Numbered from the stretch's first letter, positions 18,200-27,038 are shown. The stretch: 29,574 nt of DNA from a virus (IMGVR_UViG_3300012936_000104:1-29574); one strand, 5' to 3'. Numbers and translations are program-made. The notes: generated from the letters alone by a model not told the origin.

Positions 18200-18676
18200 A
18201 TGAAATTACTTGATCTCATTGAGTATGACTATTTATCGCCGCCCGATTACCCCGACCCCGAAAGAGAAGGTTTTAGGGACTCAGGTTTAGATGATGTTGA
18301 AAATCTATTTGATTTTATTGGTCGTGACAAAGAATATGGTTGGACGGTCCTTCAATTAAAGGGAACCTCTGAATTATATCTATGTATCGATGATGAAATA
18401 GAAGATGATTACTATTACGGTGAATATTACTCAGAATATTATGATCAAGACTATGATGAATTAGTTCCTTTAAGTTATGAGGTATATTGTTCGGTTAGAT
18501 ACCAAAAAGGTGAAATATCTAAAGATTTTGATAGTTACGAAGATGGTAAGGGACCACTTTTATTAACTAATAACTCCTTAAGGGAATTTTACATCTATGA
18601 CAGAGAGTCGTATAATAAAATAGTGAATATTTTAAAAGATCATAATTCAAAAAAAATCCCACATGGAAAACGTTGA
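18200..18676 (+). CDS. Acidic Tyr-rich hypothetical protein
   Basis: 158-aa ORF containing DDEIEDDYYYGEYYSEYYDQDYDE. Confidence 0.75.
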   Translation: MKLLDLIEYDYLSPPDYPDPEREGFRDSGLDDVENLFDFIGRDKEYGWTVLQLKGTSELYLCIDDEIEDDYYYGEYYSEYYDQDYDELVPLSYEVYCSVRYQKGEISKDFDSYEDGKGPLLLTNNSLREFYIYDRESYNKIVNILKDHNSKKIPHGKR

Positions 18677-18890
18677 TAGAATTATCGAAATGGCATGGGA
18701 AGATAGAACACCATTTGATGCAATAGAGTATCAATTTGGTTTGAAAGAGAATGATGTCAGAGAAATAATGAGATCCAACCTAAAATCATCTTCGTTTAAA
18801 TTATGGAGGGAAAGGGTTAAAGGTAGAAAAACAAAACACCGTAAACTTTCAGAATCAACAAGATTCAAATCTAAAAATCAAAAACTGTGA
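18663..18890 (+). CDS. TIGR03643/DUF2805 family protein
   Basis: DRIIEMAWEDRTPFDAIEYQFGLKENDV...SSFKLWRERVKGRKTKH is the family signature as I recall it. Confidence 0.85.
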   Translation: MENVDRIIEMAWEDRTPFDAIEYQFGLKENDVREIMRSNLKSSSFKLWRERVKGRKTKHRKLSESTRFKSKNQKL

Positions 18891-19198
18891 AAAAATCATT
18901 ACCATTTAGAGAAGTATTATCAGACAATTACAGTACAAGAATATTTTCTGAAAATTTAAATGAATCAGAATTAAAGTGGCACTTCGACAACGAAGATAGA
19001 GAAGTTACTTTTTTACATGATACTGATTGGAAATTCCAAATGGATAATGAATTACCTATACAAATCACAAAAGATCTTACAATTATAATACCTGAGGGTC
19101 AATATCATAGAATACTTAAGGGTACGGGTGATTTAAAGGTTAAGGTAAAAAAAATTAATAAAACTCGACTTCTACCCCACACTCACGAAGTAAAGTAA
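18887..19198 (+). CDS. Small cupin-like protein
   Basis: ELKWH.D.EDR...WKFQMDNELP...IPEGQYHRILKG cupin-like His motifs; GTGA overlap start. Confidence 0.7.
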   Translation: MKKSLPFREVLSDNYSTRIFSENLNESELKWHFDNEDREVTFLHDTDWKFQMDNELPIQITKDLTIIIPEGQYHRILKGTGDLKVKVKKINKTRLLPHTHEVK

Positions 19199-19595
19199 TA
19201 GAACGTTCTTGGTTCTCTCTCCACTTACTTAAATTCTTAGTAGTACAGTGTTCTTTACAAACTATTTTTATTACTCCTGATTGTACTAAAGCACGTGCAC
19301 AATCCATACATGGTAACCCCGAAGTAAGATATGCAGTCGATTTCTTCAGGGATACACCAATTCTCGCCGCATTATATATTGCGTTTCTTTCCGCATGTTC
19401 AAACCAATAATATTTCTCGGGTCTTTCTTGTCTTGAAATTTTGTGATCATTTAGACCTCTTGGAAATGAATTATAACCCGTTGTAAGGATTTCTTTGTCT
19501 TCACCGACGATAACACAACCAATTTGTGTTTTAATGTCTTTAGACTTCTCCTTTACTTGTTCTGCAATACTAATAAAATATTCTTTCCACAACAT
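19155..19595 (-). CDS. dCMP deaminase
   Basis: TGYNSFPRG, HAERNAI and PCMDC zinc-binding motifs. Confidence 0.93.
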   Translation of the reverse strand: MLWKEYFISIAEQVKEKSKDIKTQIGCVIVGEDKEILTTGYNSFPRGLNDHKISRQERPEKYYWFEHAERNAIYNAARIGVSLKKSTAYLTSGLPCMDCARALVQSGVIKIVCKEHCTTKNLSKWRENQERSITLLRECGVEVEFY

Positions 19596-19623
19596 ATGAT
19601 ATAGTATACGAAAAATAGGGCAT

Positions 19624-19650
19624 AAAAAAAAGGGGACAATGTCCCCTTTC
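19624..19650 (-). terminator. Intrinsic terminator downstream of the major capsid gene
   Basis: Minus strand reads AAAGGGGAC-ATT-GTCCCC followed by T8. Confidence 0.85.
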
Positions 19651-19678
19651 TTAGTATTTTGAATAATTTTAAGAAATA

Positions 19679-21394
19679 TTATCTTAAAGTATCCAAGTTG
19701 AAAGTTTGTAAACCTTGTACATTGATTACACCAAAGTATCTGTTGTTGACCATTTTCTTAGCGTATCTGGTCATGATACCTTTGATTGGTGTAAAGTTGA
19801 ATGGGTTATACATTGTAGGAGTAAGTTGTAACGGTACGTACGGTGCGTAAATGTACCCTGCGTCCAATAACGACTTACCTTTGTGTCCTACTAATACTTT
19901 CCCTGCTGGGAAGTAAGGATCTCTATACACTTGATATCTTCCTGCTAAAGTACCAACTTTCTCAATACCCATATTGTACTGATCTTGTTCTGCACCTGCG
20001 TTAGATACGTGGAAGTACTCTAAGTCATCGAATACTGCAGAAACTTCTGAAGAAACAACGATCCAGTTAGCACCACCTCTAAGTGTAGTTTTATGGATTT
20101 GAGCCGATAATTGGTTAATTTTAGTAATTAACGTTTGGTTCCAATCCTTTTGAGTGTAACCTTGTAATGTAGCGTTGTTCGCTCCACCATATTTCCACTC
20201 ATTGTAGTCCCACTTTAAGTTCCAAGCTGCACCTTTTCTTAAGTCTCTTAAGATCTCTCTATCAACCTCAGCCGCGATTTGCTCAGATAACAATGCTGTT
20301 AACTCAGCCTCAGCGTCGATGTTGTGGAAAGCAGACACGTCTTGTGCAAGTTCAGGAGACCAGCTAGCTCTTAATTTTCTTTCAGTTACAGAAACTGTTA
20401 CTGATTCTAAATCAAAAGATACCTCACCGATAGCATCTTCGAATTCAAGAGAAGAATACTGTCTGTACTCAAGAGTAAAGTCACCTGGTGCATCACCTTG
20501 TCCACTGTCTGCAAAACCTGCAGTCGCAGAATAAGTCTGTAAGTCTACGTTTATGAAGATTTTTCCTTCTTCGTCACAGATGTCAGGGAATTTACCTGTA
20601 ATACCTGTTCCTTTTCCACCGTACTCAACAATACCTTTACCGTATTTTTGAGTTACAATGTTAAATGGTAATGATGCATTACCTTTTTTAACTTCTAAAG
20701 AAGCTAGGAATTCTTCAGAATCCATTTCGTTACCGTTAGGACCTGAGATTTTTCCTTGACCTGCTTTAGTGAAACCACTAGCAACAATAATTACGTTAGC
20801 CTGATCCGCCGCTAATGCTACTGCTGATTCAGTTGCAATACCGTCTGCGAAAGTAACAAATGCGTGAGAAGTTAAAGTGATTACATCGAATTCTCCTTTA
20901 GAGTAGTCGAATAATCCTTCACTTGCCTCGTCACCTTCTTCGTAGAATCTATCATAAAGGTTTCTTTGGTTTGCTCCATAACCTTTGTCAGATGCGTCAG
21001 TGTTACCTGGCATACCAAATGGTTCGTTATGACTTTGTACTGTACCGTTTACGTTTCTATCTTGAATTTTTGGTACAAAGTAGAACAGTTTACCGATTGG
21101 TAAATTCATTGCTTGTACAGATACAATGTCGTTCGCTAACAATTTAGAGAATACTCTTCTAATGATTGGGAATACTACAGTTTCAAATGATCCTGATGAA
21201 TCAGATACTGCAGCTTCGTTAATCAAGTGTGAAGCTTGGTTCTCATATAATTGGGCGATATTGTCTTTTTGGTGTCCTTCAAGTCCTTCTAAGAACCCGA
21301 GGTCATCCCATTTTTTGATGGTATCTTCTTTGATAACTCTTAGGTGTTTTAACCCGATGTTACCAACCATACCACTTTCTAATAATGCTCCCAT
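19679..21394 (-). CDS. Major capsid protein, T4 gp23-like
   Basis: IIRRVF..LLANDIVSVQAMNLP.G.LF, RKLRASWSPELAQD, AEAELTALLSEQIAAEVDREI, YAPYVPL and F.P..GIMTRY motifs. Confidence 0.97.
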   Translation of the reverse strand: MGALLESGMVGNIGLKHLRVIKEDTIKKWDDLGFLEGLEGHQKDNIAQLYENQASHLINEAAVSDSSGSFETVVFPIIRRVFSKLLANDIVSVQAMNLPIGKLFYFVPKIQDRNVNGTVQSHNEPFGMPGNTDASDKGYGANQRNLYDRFYEEGDEASEGLFDYSKGEFDVITLTSHAFVTFADGIATESAVALAADQANVIIVASGFTKAGQGKISGPNGNEMDSEEFLASLEVKKGNASLPFNIVTQKYGKGIVEYGGKGTGITGKFPDICDEEGKIFINVDLQTYSATAGFADSGQGDAPGDFTLEYRQYSSLEFEDAIGEVSFDLESVTVSVTERKLRASWSPELAQDVSAFHNIDAEAELTALLSEQIAAEVDREILRDLRKGAAWNLKWDYNEWKYGGANNATLQGYTQKDWNQTLITKINQLSAQIHKTTLRGGANWIVVSSEVSAVFDDLEYFHVSNAGAEQDQYNMGIEKVGTLAGRYQVYRDPYFPAGKVLVGHKGKSLLDAGYIYAPYVPLQLTPTMYNPFNFTPIKGIMTRYAKKMVNNRYFGVINVQGLQTFNLDTLR

Positions 21395-21425
21395 TTTTAA
21401 TTGAGTTTTTTAATTGTGTTATTTA

Positions 21426-22850
21426 TTATTTTAATTTTGACATTAAATCTTTCATTCTCTTGAACTGAGGACTTTCGTAAGCTTTCGTTTCTGAAAGTAC
21501 TTCTTGAGATGAAGATGTTGTCGGGGTTGAAGCGATCTTATCGACTACAGATTCTGTAACGTTCTTCGAAGAATCCAATTCTGTTTTAATTGTTTTGTAT
21601 GTACTCTTCGATTCTGTTAAAGAAGTGACTGAGTCAAATCTCTTCAAAATGTTTAATTTCTCTTGACGAGTAGTAGAGTGTTCAGTGAACAATCTCGTAG
21701 CGTACGCCAAATTAGCGTTAAACACAGCGACTTCATTAAGTTTCTCTTTAAATAAAACTAACGCCTTTTTATATTCAGTGTTTTGTTTCTTTAAAGTTTC
21801 AACCTCTTCGTTGATGGCACCTGCCTTGTATTTAGTCTTACCTTTAATACCTGCTCTGTTTTGACCACCTTTATCACCGTGAACGTTTGAAGTTGTTCTT
21901 GCTGCTTCGTCTACGTCTTCTTCATGAGTTTCTTCCTCTTCAGAGACTTCTTCTTCAGATACCTCTTCTTCGGAAACTTCTTCAGCTACATCATCGTCAC
22001 CCTCACCCATTTCGTGAGTGTCACCTTCTGCAACCTCTTCAGAGACTTCCTCTTCGGCTACGTCATCTAACTCAATTTCGTATACAGTGTCATCGATTTC
22101 TGAAACTTCTTCTTCTGCAACTTCTTCGTTAGTTTCTTCGGATACTTCCTCAGATACTTCTTCTTCAGCCACTTCCTCTTCAGTTTCTTCTGAAACCTCT
22201 TCTTCCATGTCACCCTCACCATATTCGTGAGCGTCACCTTCGTTGGTTTCTTCTTCCATTTCAACTTCACCCATTTCATGAGTGTCGCCTTCATTGGTTT
22301 CTTCATCGACTTCACCTTCTTCACTATCAAGTTTAATAATGTATTCGTCGTCTCCGTCTTCTAATTCGACGTTATCACCGTCCTTCTTTACAACAATTCC
22401 ATCCTCAGGTTTCATTGATTTGAATACCTTAAGAACTTCGTCGTCAGAAGCGTCGGTCATATCTAAGACATCATCGTCTCCTTCATCATCCATTGCTGAT
22501 TCTTCGTCTTCTTCTTCACTATCAATATCATCTATATCAAGTTCGTCTGATTCCGCAGAACCCTCATCTTCTAAATCAGGATCTTCTTCGTCTGATGGTT
22601 CGTCATTTATCGAAGCTTCGTCTTCATTCCCTTCCTCGTCATCAAATTGTTCCGAGATTGGTATATCTTGTTCGTCTTCTGTAATAGGAGTTTCGTTACC
22701 CTCAACTACCTCTTCTTCCATAGTTTCATTAAGCACTTCGTTTAGTTCTTCCTTCATAGTTGAAGCAAGTATACCTTTTGCGTTTTGCTTAACTGCCTCT
22801 TCCAAGTCTTGGACTTGTAGCAATGCTTGTTCTAAAATGGATTTTTTCAT
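21426..22850 (-). CDS. Prohead core/scaffolding protein, very acidic
   Basis: Located between protease and MCP; extremely Glu/Asp-rich with EEVSEE and EGDTHEMGE repeats; C-terminal coiled coil. Confidence 0.85.
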   Translation of the reverse strand: MKKSILEQALLQVQDLEEAVKQNAKGILASTMKEELNEVLNETMEEEVVEGNETPITEDEQDIPISEQFDDEEGNEDEASINDEPSDEEDPDLEDEGSAESDELDIDDIDSEEEDEESAMDDEGDDDVLDMTDASDDEVLKVFKSMKPEDGIVVKKDGDNVELEDGDDEYIIKLDSEEGEVDEETNEGDTHEMGEVEMEEETNEGDAHEYGEGDMEEEVSEETEEEVAEEEVSEEVSEETNEEVAEEEVSEIDDTVYEIELDDVAEEEVSEEVAEGDTHEMGEGDDDVAEEVSEEEVSEEEVSEEEETHEEDVDEAARTTSNVHGDKGGQNRAGIKGKTKYKAGAINEEVETLKKQNTEYKKALVLFKEKLNEVAVFNANLAYATRLFTEHSTTRQEKLNILKRFDSVTSLTESKSTYKTIKTELDSSKNVTESVVDKIASTPTTSSSQEVLSETKAYESPQFKRMKDLMSKLK

Positions 22851-22873
22851 TTGTTTTATAATATGATTTACTA

Positions 22874-22880
22874 ATAAATA
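22874..22880 (-). promoter_or_regulatory. Putative late promoter motif TATTTAT (scaffold-MCP operon)
   Basis: 23 nt upstream of the scaffold ATG. Confidence 0.65.
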
Positions 22881-22934
22881 CTTCGTAATTCAGAAAAAAT
22901 GAGTTTAGTGATATTCGAATCAAAGAAAAATTTA

Positions 22935-23618
22935 CTATCTCGATAAGAAATTGTCTAACTTACCCATTAACCTTGAGATTTTCTCATCAACAACAGGTTG
23001 TTCTTCAATAGATTCTTCATACTGATCTCTATCTTCGAGGTCTTTAAAAATGTATGCACCTGGAGTAGATGGTGATGAAACTAAGTCAAAACAAACTAAC
23101 TCAAAGTCACCCTGAACTATATTTTGTCCTTTTTCTGATTTAAGTGATCCTACCCCTCTTGAGGATATACCGAGGGTTACACCGTTCATAAGTAACATTG
23201 CGGCTTGGTCACCTTTCGTACTTACAATACCTGATTTCTTCCAACCAGGGGATAAGAGTAATTTTATCTTACCCATTAATATTTTACCGTCCCACCACGT
23301 TTCTTCAATTGTATGGGAAACTCTATCTAAATCTATTAGTGATGATGAAGGGTGGTTTAGTTCATTAAGTGCGGAACCTTTACCAATAACATCCTGATAT
23401 TTTTCAACTTCTCTCTTAAGAAGTTTTTCAGGATATATTCTACCATTTTTATTTGGTGTGTCGAATTTCTGTAGAACTGCGTAAAGAACGATATCTTCAG
23501 AGAAATCAATTCCCTTCATTTCTCGTATTACCTTTTTATTCTCCTCAGGTGATATATGACCTGCGTCATACTCTATGAGAATTCCTTTACCTGTTTCGTT
23601 TGGTCCTAGTACCTTCAT
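22935..23618 (-). CDS. Prohead protease, T4 gp21-like
   Basis: NKNGRIYP, ELNHP (catalytic His), GISSRGVGS (catalytic Ser) and FDLVSSPSTPGA. Confidence 0.95.
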   Translation of the reverse strand: MKVLGPNETGKGILIEYDAGHISPEENKKVIREMKGIDFSEDIVLYAVLQKFDTPNKNGRIYPEKLLKREVEKYQDVIGKGSALNELNHPSSSLIDLDRVSHTIEETWWDGKILMGKIKLLLSPGWKKSGIVSTKGDQAAMLLMNGVTLGISSRGVGSLKSEKGQNIVQGDFELVCFDLVSSPSTPGAYIFKDLEDRDQYEESIEEQPVVDEKISRLMGKLDNFLSR

Positions 23619-23638
23619 GTATCTATAGTTTTATTACT

Positions 23639-23645
23639 ATAAATA
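23639..23645 (-). promoter_or_regulatory. Putative late promoter motif TATTTAT
   Basis: 20 nt upstream of the protease ATG. Confidence 0.65.
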
Positions 23646-23659
23646 CATCAATATCTAAG

Positions 23660-24085
23660 TTATTTTTTCTTTTTGTTGAAATTAAACAATAATTCGTCGT
23701 TTAGACAAGTATCAACTATCTCTCTTATCAAAGAATTTATGTCTTGTTTTAGTTGATCACTTTTAATATTGATGTCTTTAAGAACGTATAATGTAATCTC
23801 TAAATCCATGAAAGATCTTTTTTCCTTACTAATACCTTTTGTTCTTATATCTAAATCAACAATACTTTCAGGTCTAAAAATATCAAAACCTAAATTATAT
23901 ATTAGTTTTCTAATTTTAGTTCTCGAAAGTTTTACTATCGAATCATAATTAATATCAGAATCTTGTGGTTCTAACCACGAATTTAATTTCAGATATATTG
24001 TTTTTAAATCTCTATGGTTAATCGTACCATAACCTATTTTAACATCCCTGTAGTTTCCTAATGGGATGAATCTCCCTAATTTCAT
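23660..24085 (-). CDS. Hypothetical phage protein
   Basis: 141-aa ORF divergent from rpsU. Confidence 0.75.
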   Translation of the reverse strand: MKLGRFIPLGNYRDVKIGYGTINHRDLKTIYLKLNSWLEPQDSDINYDSIVKLSRTKIRKLIYNLGFDIFRPESIVDLDIRTKGISKEKRSFMDLEITLYVLKDINIKSDQLKQDINSLIREIVDTCLNDELLFNFNKKKK

Positions 24086-24120
24086 TTTTTTCCATCTTAT
24101 CTCTTTTATGGTGTAATAAA

Positions 24121-24149
24121 ATAATACGGAAAATAATTTATTATATCAA
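24121..24149 (-). promoter_or_regulatory. Sigma70-like promoter candidate TTGATA-N17-TATTAT
   Basis: Exact 17-nt spacing upstream of the 24085 start. Confidence 0.4.
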
Positions 24150-24161
24150 ATTTTTCTAGTA

Positions 24162-24168
24162 TATTTAT
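24162..24168 (+). promoter_or_regulatory. Putative late promoter motif TATTTAT for rpsU
   Basis: 13 nt upstream of the rpsU ATG. Confidence 0.65.
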
Positions 24169-24181
24169 TATATATTCTAGT

Positions 24182-24379
24182 ATGTTAATAATAAAAGTAA
24201 ATAAAGATAAAGGTGGAATTGAGTCAGCGATAAAAAGACTCAGAAAAAAAGTTAGGCGAACAAAACAAATTAACAAATTAAGAGAAGGTAAACAATACAC
24301 AAAACCCTCCGTAAAAAAAAGACTTCAAAAACAAAAGGCAATCTACATCCAAAAAATTAGGACCCAAGAAGAGAAGTAA
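24182..24379 (+). CDS. rpsU: Phage-encoded 30S ribosomal protein bS21
   Basis: MLII.V....IESAIKRLRKK......LRE...YTKPSVKKR....KAIYIQ matches bS21, with Bacteroidota-type MLII start and KAxYIQ end. Confidence 0.92.
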   Translation: MLIIKVNKDKGGIESAIKRLRKKVRRTKQINKLREGKQYTKPSVKKRLQKQKAIYIQKIRTQEEK

Positions 24380-24406
24380 AAAAAAAAGTGTCCGATTGGA
24401 CACTTT
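24378..24406. terminator. Probably bidirectional intrinsic terminator between rpsU and the convergent gene
   Basis: A10-GTGTCC-gatt-GGACAC-TTT; long U-tract on the minus strand, short one on the plus strand. Confidence 0.8.
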
Positions 24407-24413
24407 AATTAAT

Positions 24414-25157
24414 TTAAGTTAGACCGTTTGATAGATCTTCTAATCTAAATAGGTTGTAACGGGTCACTTCCATTTCCCCAACCTCTTTTTTGACTTGCTT
24501 TGATTTCTCAGTGAAATCTTTCTCACCCTCAACAAGGGTATCTAACTTTTCATAGACCGATTCTTTTAGTTCAGAAAATTTTACTTGGATGTCCTCTCTA
24601 CTTAAAGACATGTAATCCTTCAATTTCTCCTTTTCATTTTCTGTTAACTGTTCGTCGTATGAGACGTTAAAGTTATTTACTAAAACTGAATTCAATAAGT
24701 TTTCATTCACTGACTTAAACGTAACGTTTTCTATCGTCTTTGGACTTGTAAGATGTTCTACAAGTTTTTTCTTCGCCACAACCTTTTTTGAAATGTTCGT
24801 TAAAGAATCAGGAATTAATAGGGTGTCTAAGTGTTCATACAATTCATTTGGTTTACACTCAACATCCTTTAAATGTTCATTTATTGTATTTAATAATCTT
24901 GTGTGGAATGTGTCAGTCATCTGATTGTATCTTGTATTTAATACTTTAGATATTTCATCCACGTATATTGTTGCAGTCTCTTTATCCTCAAAAGACATTG
25001 TCTCAATCTCTTCATATAAAGAATACAATTCTTTAAGAGACTCATTTTCCATAATAGGTCTAAAAACCTTATTTAGGTGTTCTTTGAATTTATTATCACC
25101 ATAACTCTCGGTGAGTTTTATTAATATTTTGTTTTTAATTGTACCGAATGTCTCCAT
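24414..25157 (-). CDS. Hypothetical helical protein of the head module
   Basis: 247-aa ORF starting 2 nt after the portal stop; many L/V-x-E sites. Confidence 0.8.
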   Translation of the reverse strand: METFGTIKNKILIKLTESYGDNKFKEHLNKVFRPIMENESLKELYSLYEEIETMSFEDKETATIYVDEISKVLNTRYNQMTDTFHTRLLNTINEHLKDVECKPNELYEHLDTLLIPDSLTNISKKVVAKKKLVEHLTSPKTIENVTFKSVNENLLNSVLVNNFNVSYDEQLTENEKEKLKDYMSLSREDIQVKFSELKESVYEKLDTLVEGEKDFTEKSKQVKKEVGEMEVTRYNLFRLEDLSNGLT

Positions 25158-25159
25158 AA

Positions 25160-26992
25160 TTACTCATTTATAATGTCTTTGAGTTTATTCTCTATTTCAT
25201 AAATATTACGTTGTGCCTTCTCGGAATCAAAAAGATCATCAAAATCTAATTTTTCATCACCTAACTCACCTAATATTTTAGTCTTTTTTGTTTTTTGACC
25301 TTCACTTAAAGGTGCGTCATCTGGCGGTGGTGGTGGTGCACTATCTCCACCTCCTCCTCCTAAGAAGTCATCTCCACCTCCCCCACCATCTGCGGGTGCG
25401 GCTTGACCTGAATCATCCATCGCCTGTCTTTCCTCTTCAGGTATTCCATACTTCTTATCAACTTCATCGAACACTCCTGTTCTTTTGATGATATTCTGAG
25501 TAATACCTAATTCTGCACCCAACGCTCTTTCAAGACGTTGTTGTTGTAAATCAAGTACTACATCATTATCACTCATACCAAGGATATTCTTTTTAGCCCA
25601 TGTATGTGAAACAGGTTGGATACCTATTTGTGATTGATCTGAAGTCGCATCTTTATATAAAGTTATTTTTTCTTTCCATTGTTCAATTCTTAAAAGATCA
25701 GATTGTGCAGATGGGTTTGTTAATGATAATGTGAAATTATCTAACTCATCTTCCAAACCTAATAGATACAAGTGTACTAATGCGATCTTATTAAGTTCTT
25801 GAATTAATGATTTTTGTATTCTATTGATTGTTCTTGCAAAACGAATGTCCATTAATGCAAGACTTTTACCCTCACCGACTATTTCTTCAAAACCTAAGAA
25901 AGCCTTAGGTATTCTTAGTGCTGCCAATAATTTCTTTTGGATATATTCTATATCCGCAATCTCACCTAAATTCTGTGCTCCTGGTAAAGTCTCAATAGGT
26001 GATGACTGTGATGGGTCTCTAACAGGGATAAAATAATCTTGATCTACAGCCATTTGATTGTATCTCATATCGACCTGACCATTTTTTGGATCTACTATCG
26101 TATCTCTCTTAAACTTGTTTGCAATTCTTTGTACATAAGATTCGATATCCTTATCATCCATGTTACCAACAAAGACCTTGAATACTCTTCTTTCGGGTGC
26201 CCTTGACGTTCTATATATTAACATCGCATCTTCCGCAAGAAGTAACTGTTTCCATATACGTCTAACTTTGTCTAACATTGAAGTACCGTAAGGTAATTTT
26301 CTATCATCACCTAAAAGTCTAAAGTGTGCCACCTCCCAAGCTTGGAATTCCATATCTTTGTTTTTCCATGTGAACCTAAGTTCTCTACTTGGTAATTGTA
26401 CACCTGAAGGTTGTTCTGACTTATGTACCTGTGATGCTGCTCCCTCTTGTCTCTCTATTTCGATGTTTGGTAGTTGTTGACAACCAATAACACCTTTACT
26501 TGGATCTATTTTCAAATAAACAAAGTTGTCACCATATTTTGAAGTACCACGACACCACATTTGTAAATTGGTGTTGATATCTAATATGTTATAAAATAGA
26601 TCTGATAAAATATTTTTTACTCTTTTCGATTCTGAATATATTGTTAGTATTTCACCTTTTTCTGAAAGTGTTGTTGACTCTTCAGAATATATATCTAATG
26701 CCGCAGAAATCTCAGGAGTGAATTCCATTGATTCATAATCATAATACGCAGCCAATCTATTTGGTTCGTAGTATACTGATTGATTGTAAAGTGACTGATC
26801 AAGTTTTGTCCACTTATCAGTTATATATTGAGATTGTTGTTGTTGCAACATCTCTCTCTCAAAATCTTCTCTACTGTCTGTTTTAAGAATTTGATCTCTA
26901 TCAAACTTATATTGTGGTGTAGAAGGTTTCTCTGCGGTAAACCCGAACACCTTTGTAAGTCTTTGATATACTGTTAGATTTTGTTTGGCCAT
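25160..26992 (-). CDS. Portal protein, T4 gp20-like
   Basis: EDAMLIYRTSRAPERRVFKVFVGN, DYFIPVR, IETLPGAQNLGEIADIEY and ALRIPKAFL motifs. Confidence 0.96.
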   Translation of the reverse strand: MAKQNLTVYQRLTKVFGFTAEKPSTPQYKFDRDQILKTDSREDFEREMLQQQQSQYITDKWTKLDQSLYNQSVYYEPNRLAAYYDYESMEFTPEISAALDIYSEESTTLSEKGEILTIYSESKRVKNILSDLFYNILDINTNLQMWCRGTSKYGDNFVYLKIDPSKGVIGCQQLPNIEIERQEGAASQVHKSEQPSGVQLPSRELRFTWKNKDMEFQAWEVAHFRLLGDDRKLPYGTSMLDKVRRIWKQLLLAEDAMLIYRTSRAPERRVFKVFVGNMDDKDIESYVQRIANKFKRDTIVDPKNGQVDMRYNQMAVDQDYFIPVRDPSQSSPIETLPGAQNLGEIADIEYIQKKLLAALRIPKAFLGFEEIVGEGKSLALMDIRFARTINRIQKSLIQELNKIALVHLYLLGLEDELDNFTLSLTNPSAQSDLLRIEQWKEKITLYKDATSDQSQIGIQPVSHTWAKKNILGMSDNDVVLDLQQQRLERALGAELGITQNIIKRTGVFDEVDKKYGIPEEERQAMDDSGQAAPADGGGGGDDFLGGGGGDSAPPPPPDDAPLSEGQKTKKTKILGELGDEKLDFDDLFDSEKAQRNIYEIENKLKDIINE

Positions 26993-26996
26993 ATTA

Positions 26997-27003
26997 ATAA
27001 ATA
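26997..27003 (-). promoter_or_regulatory. Putative late promoter motif TATTTAT
   Basis: 4 nt upstream of the portal ATG. Confidence 0.65.
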
Positions 27004-27038
27004 TTATACATTATAATATAAGAAAAATTTTTCAATTT

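Noticed and set aside
21420-21426. TATTTAT on the plus strand between scaffold and MCP
   Set aside because: Wrong orientation for MCP, lacks the preceding purine, and is explained by tandem TAA stops in AT-rich sequence.
22018-22866. Ser-rich plus-strand ORFs (22018..22230, 22282..22866) and similar ones at 3330..3635 and 871..1053
   Set aside because: Antisense shadows of Glu/Asp-rich genes (GAA/GAT read as TTC/TCT/TCA); no independent coding evidence.
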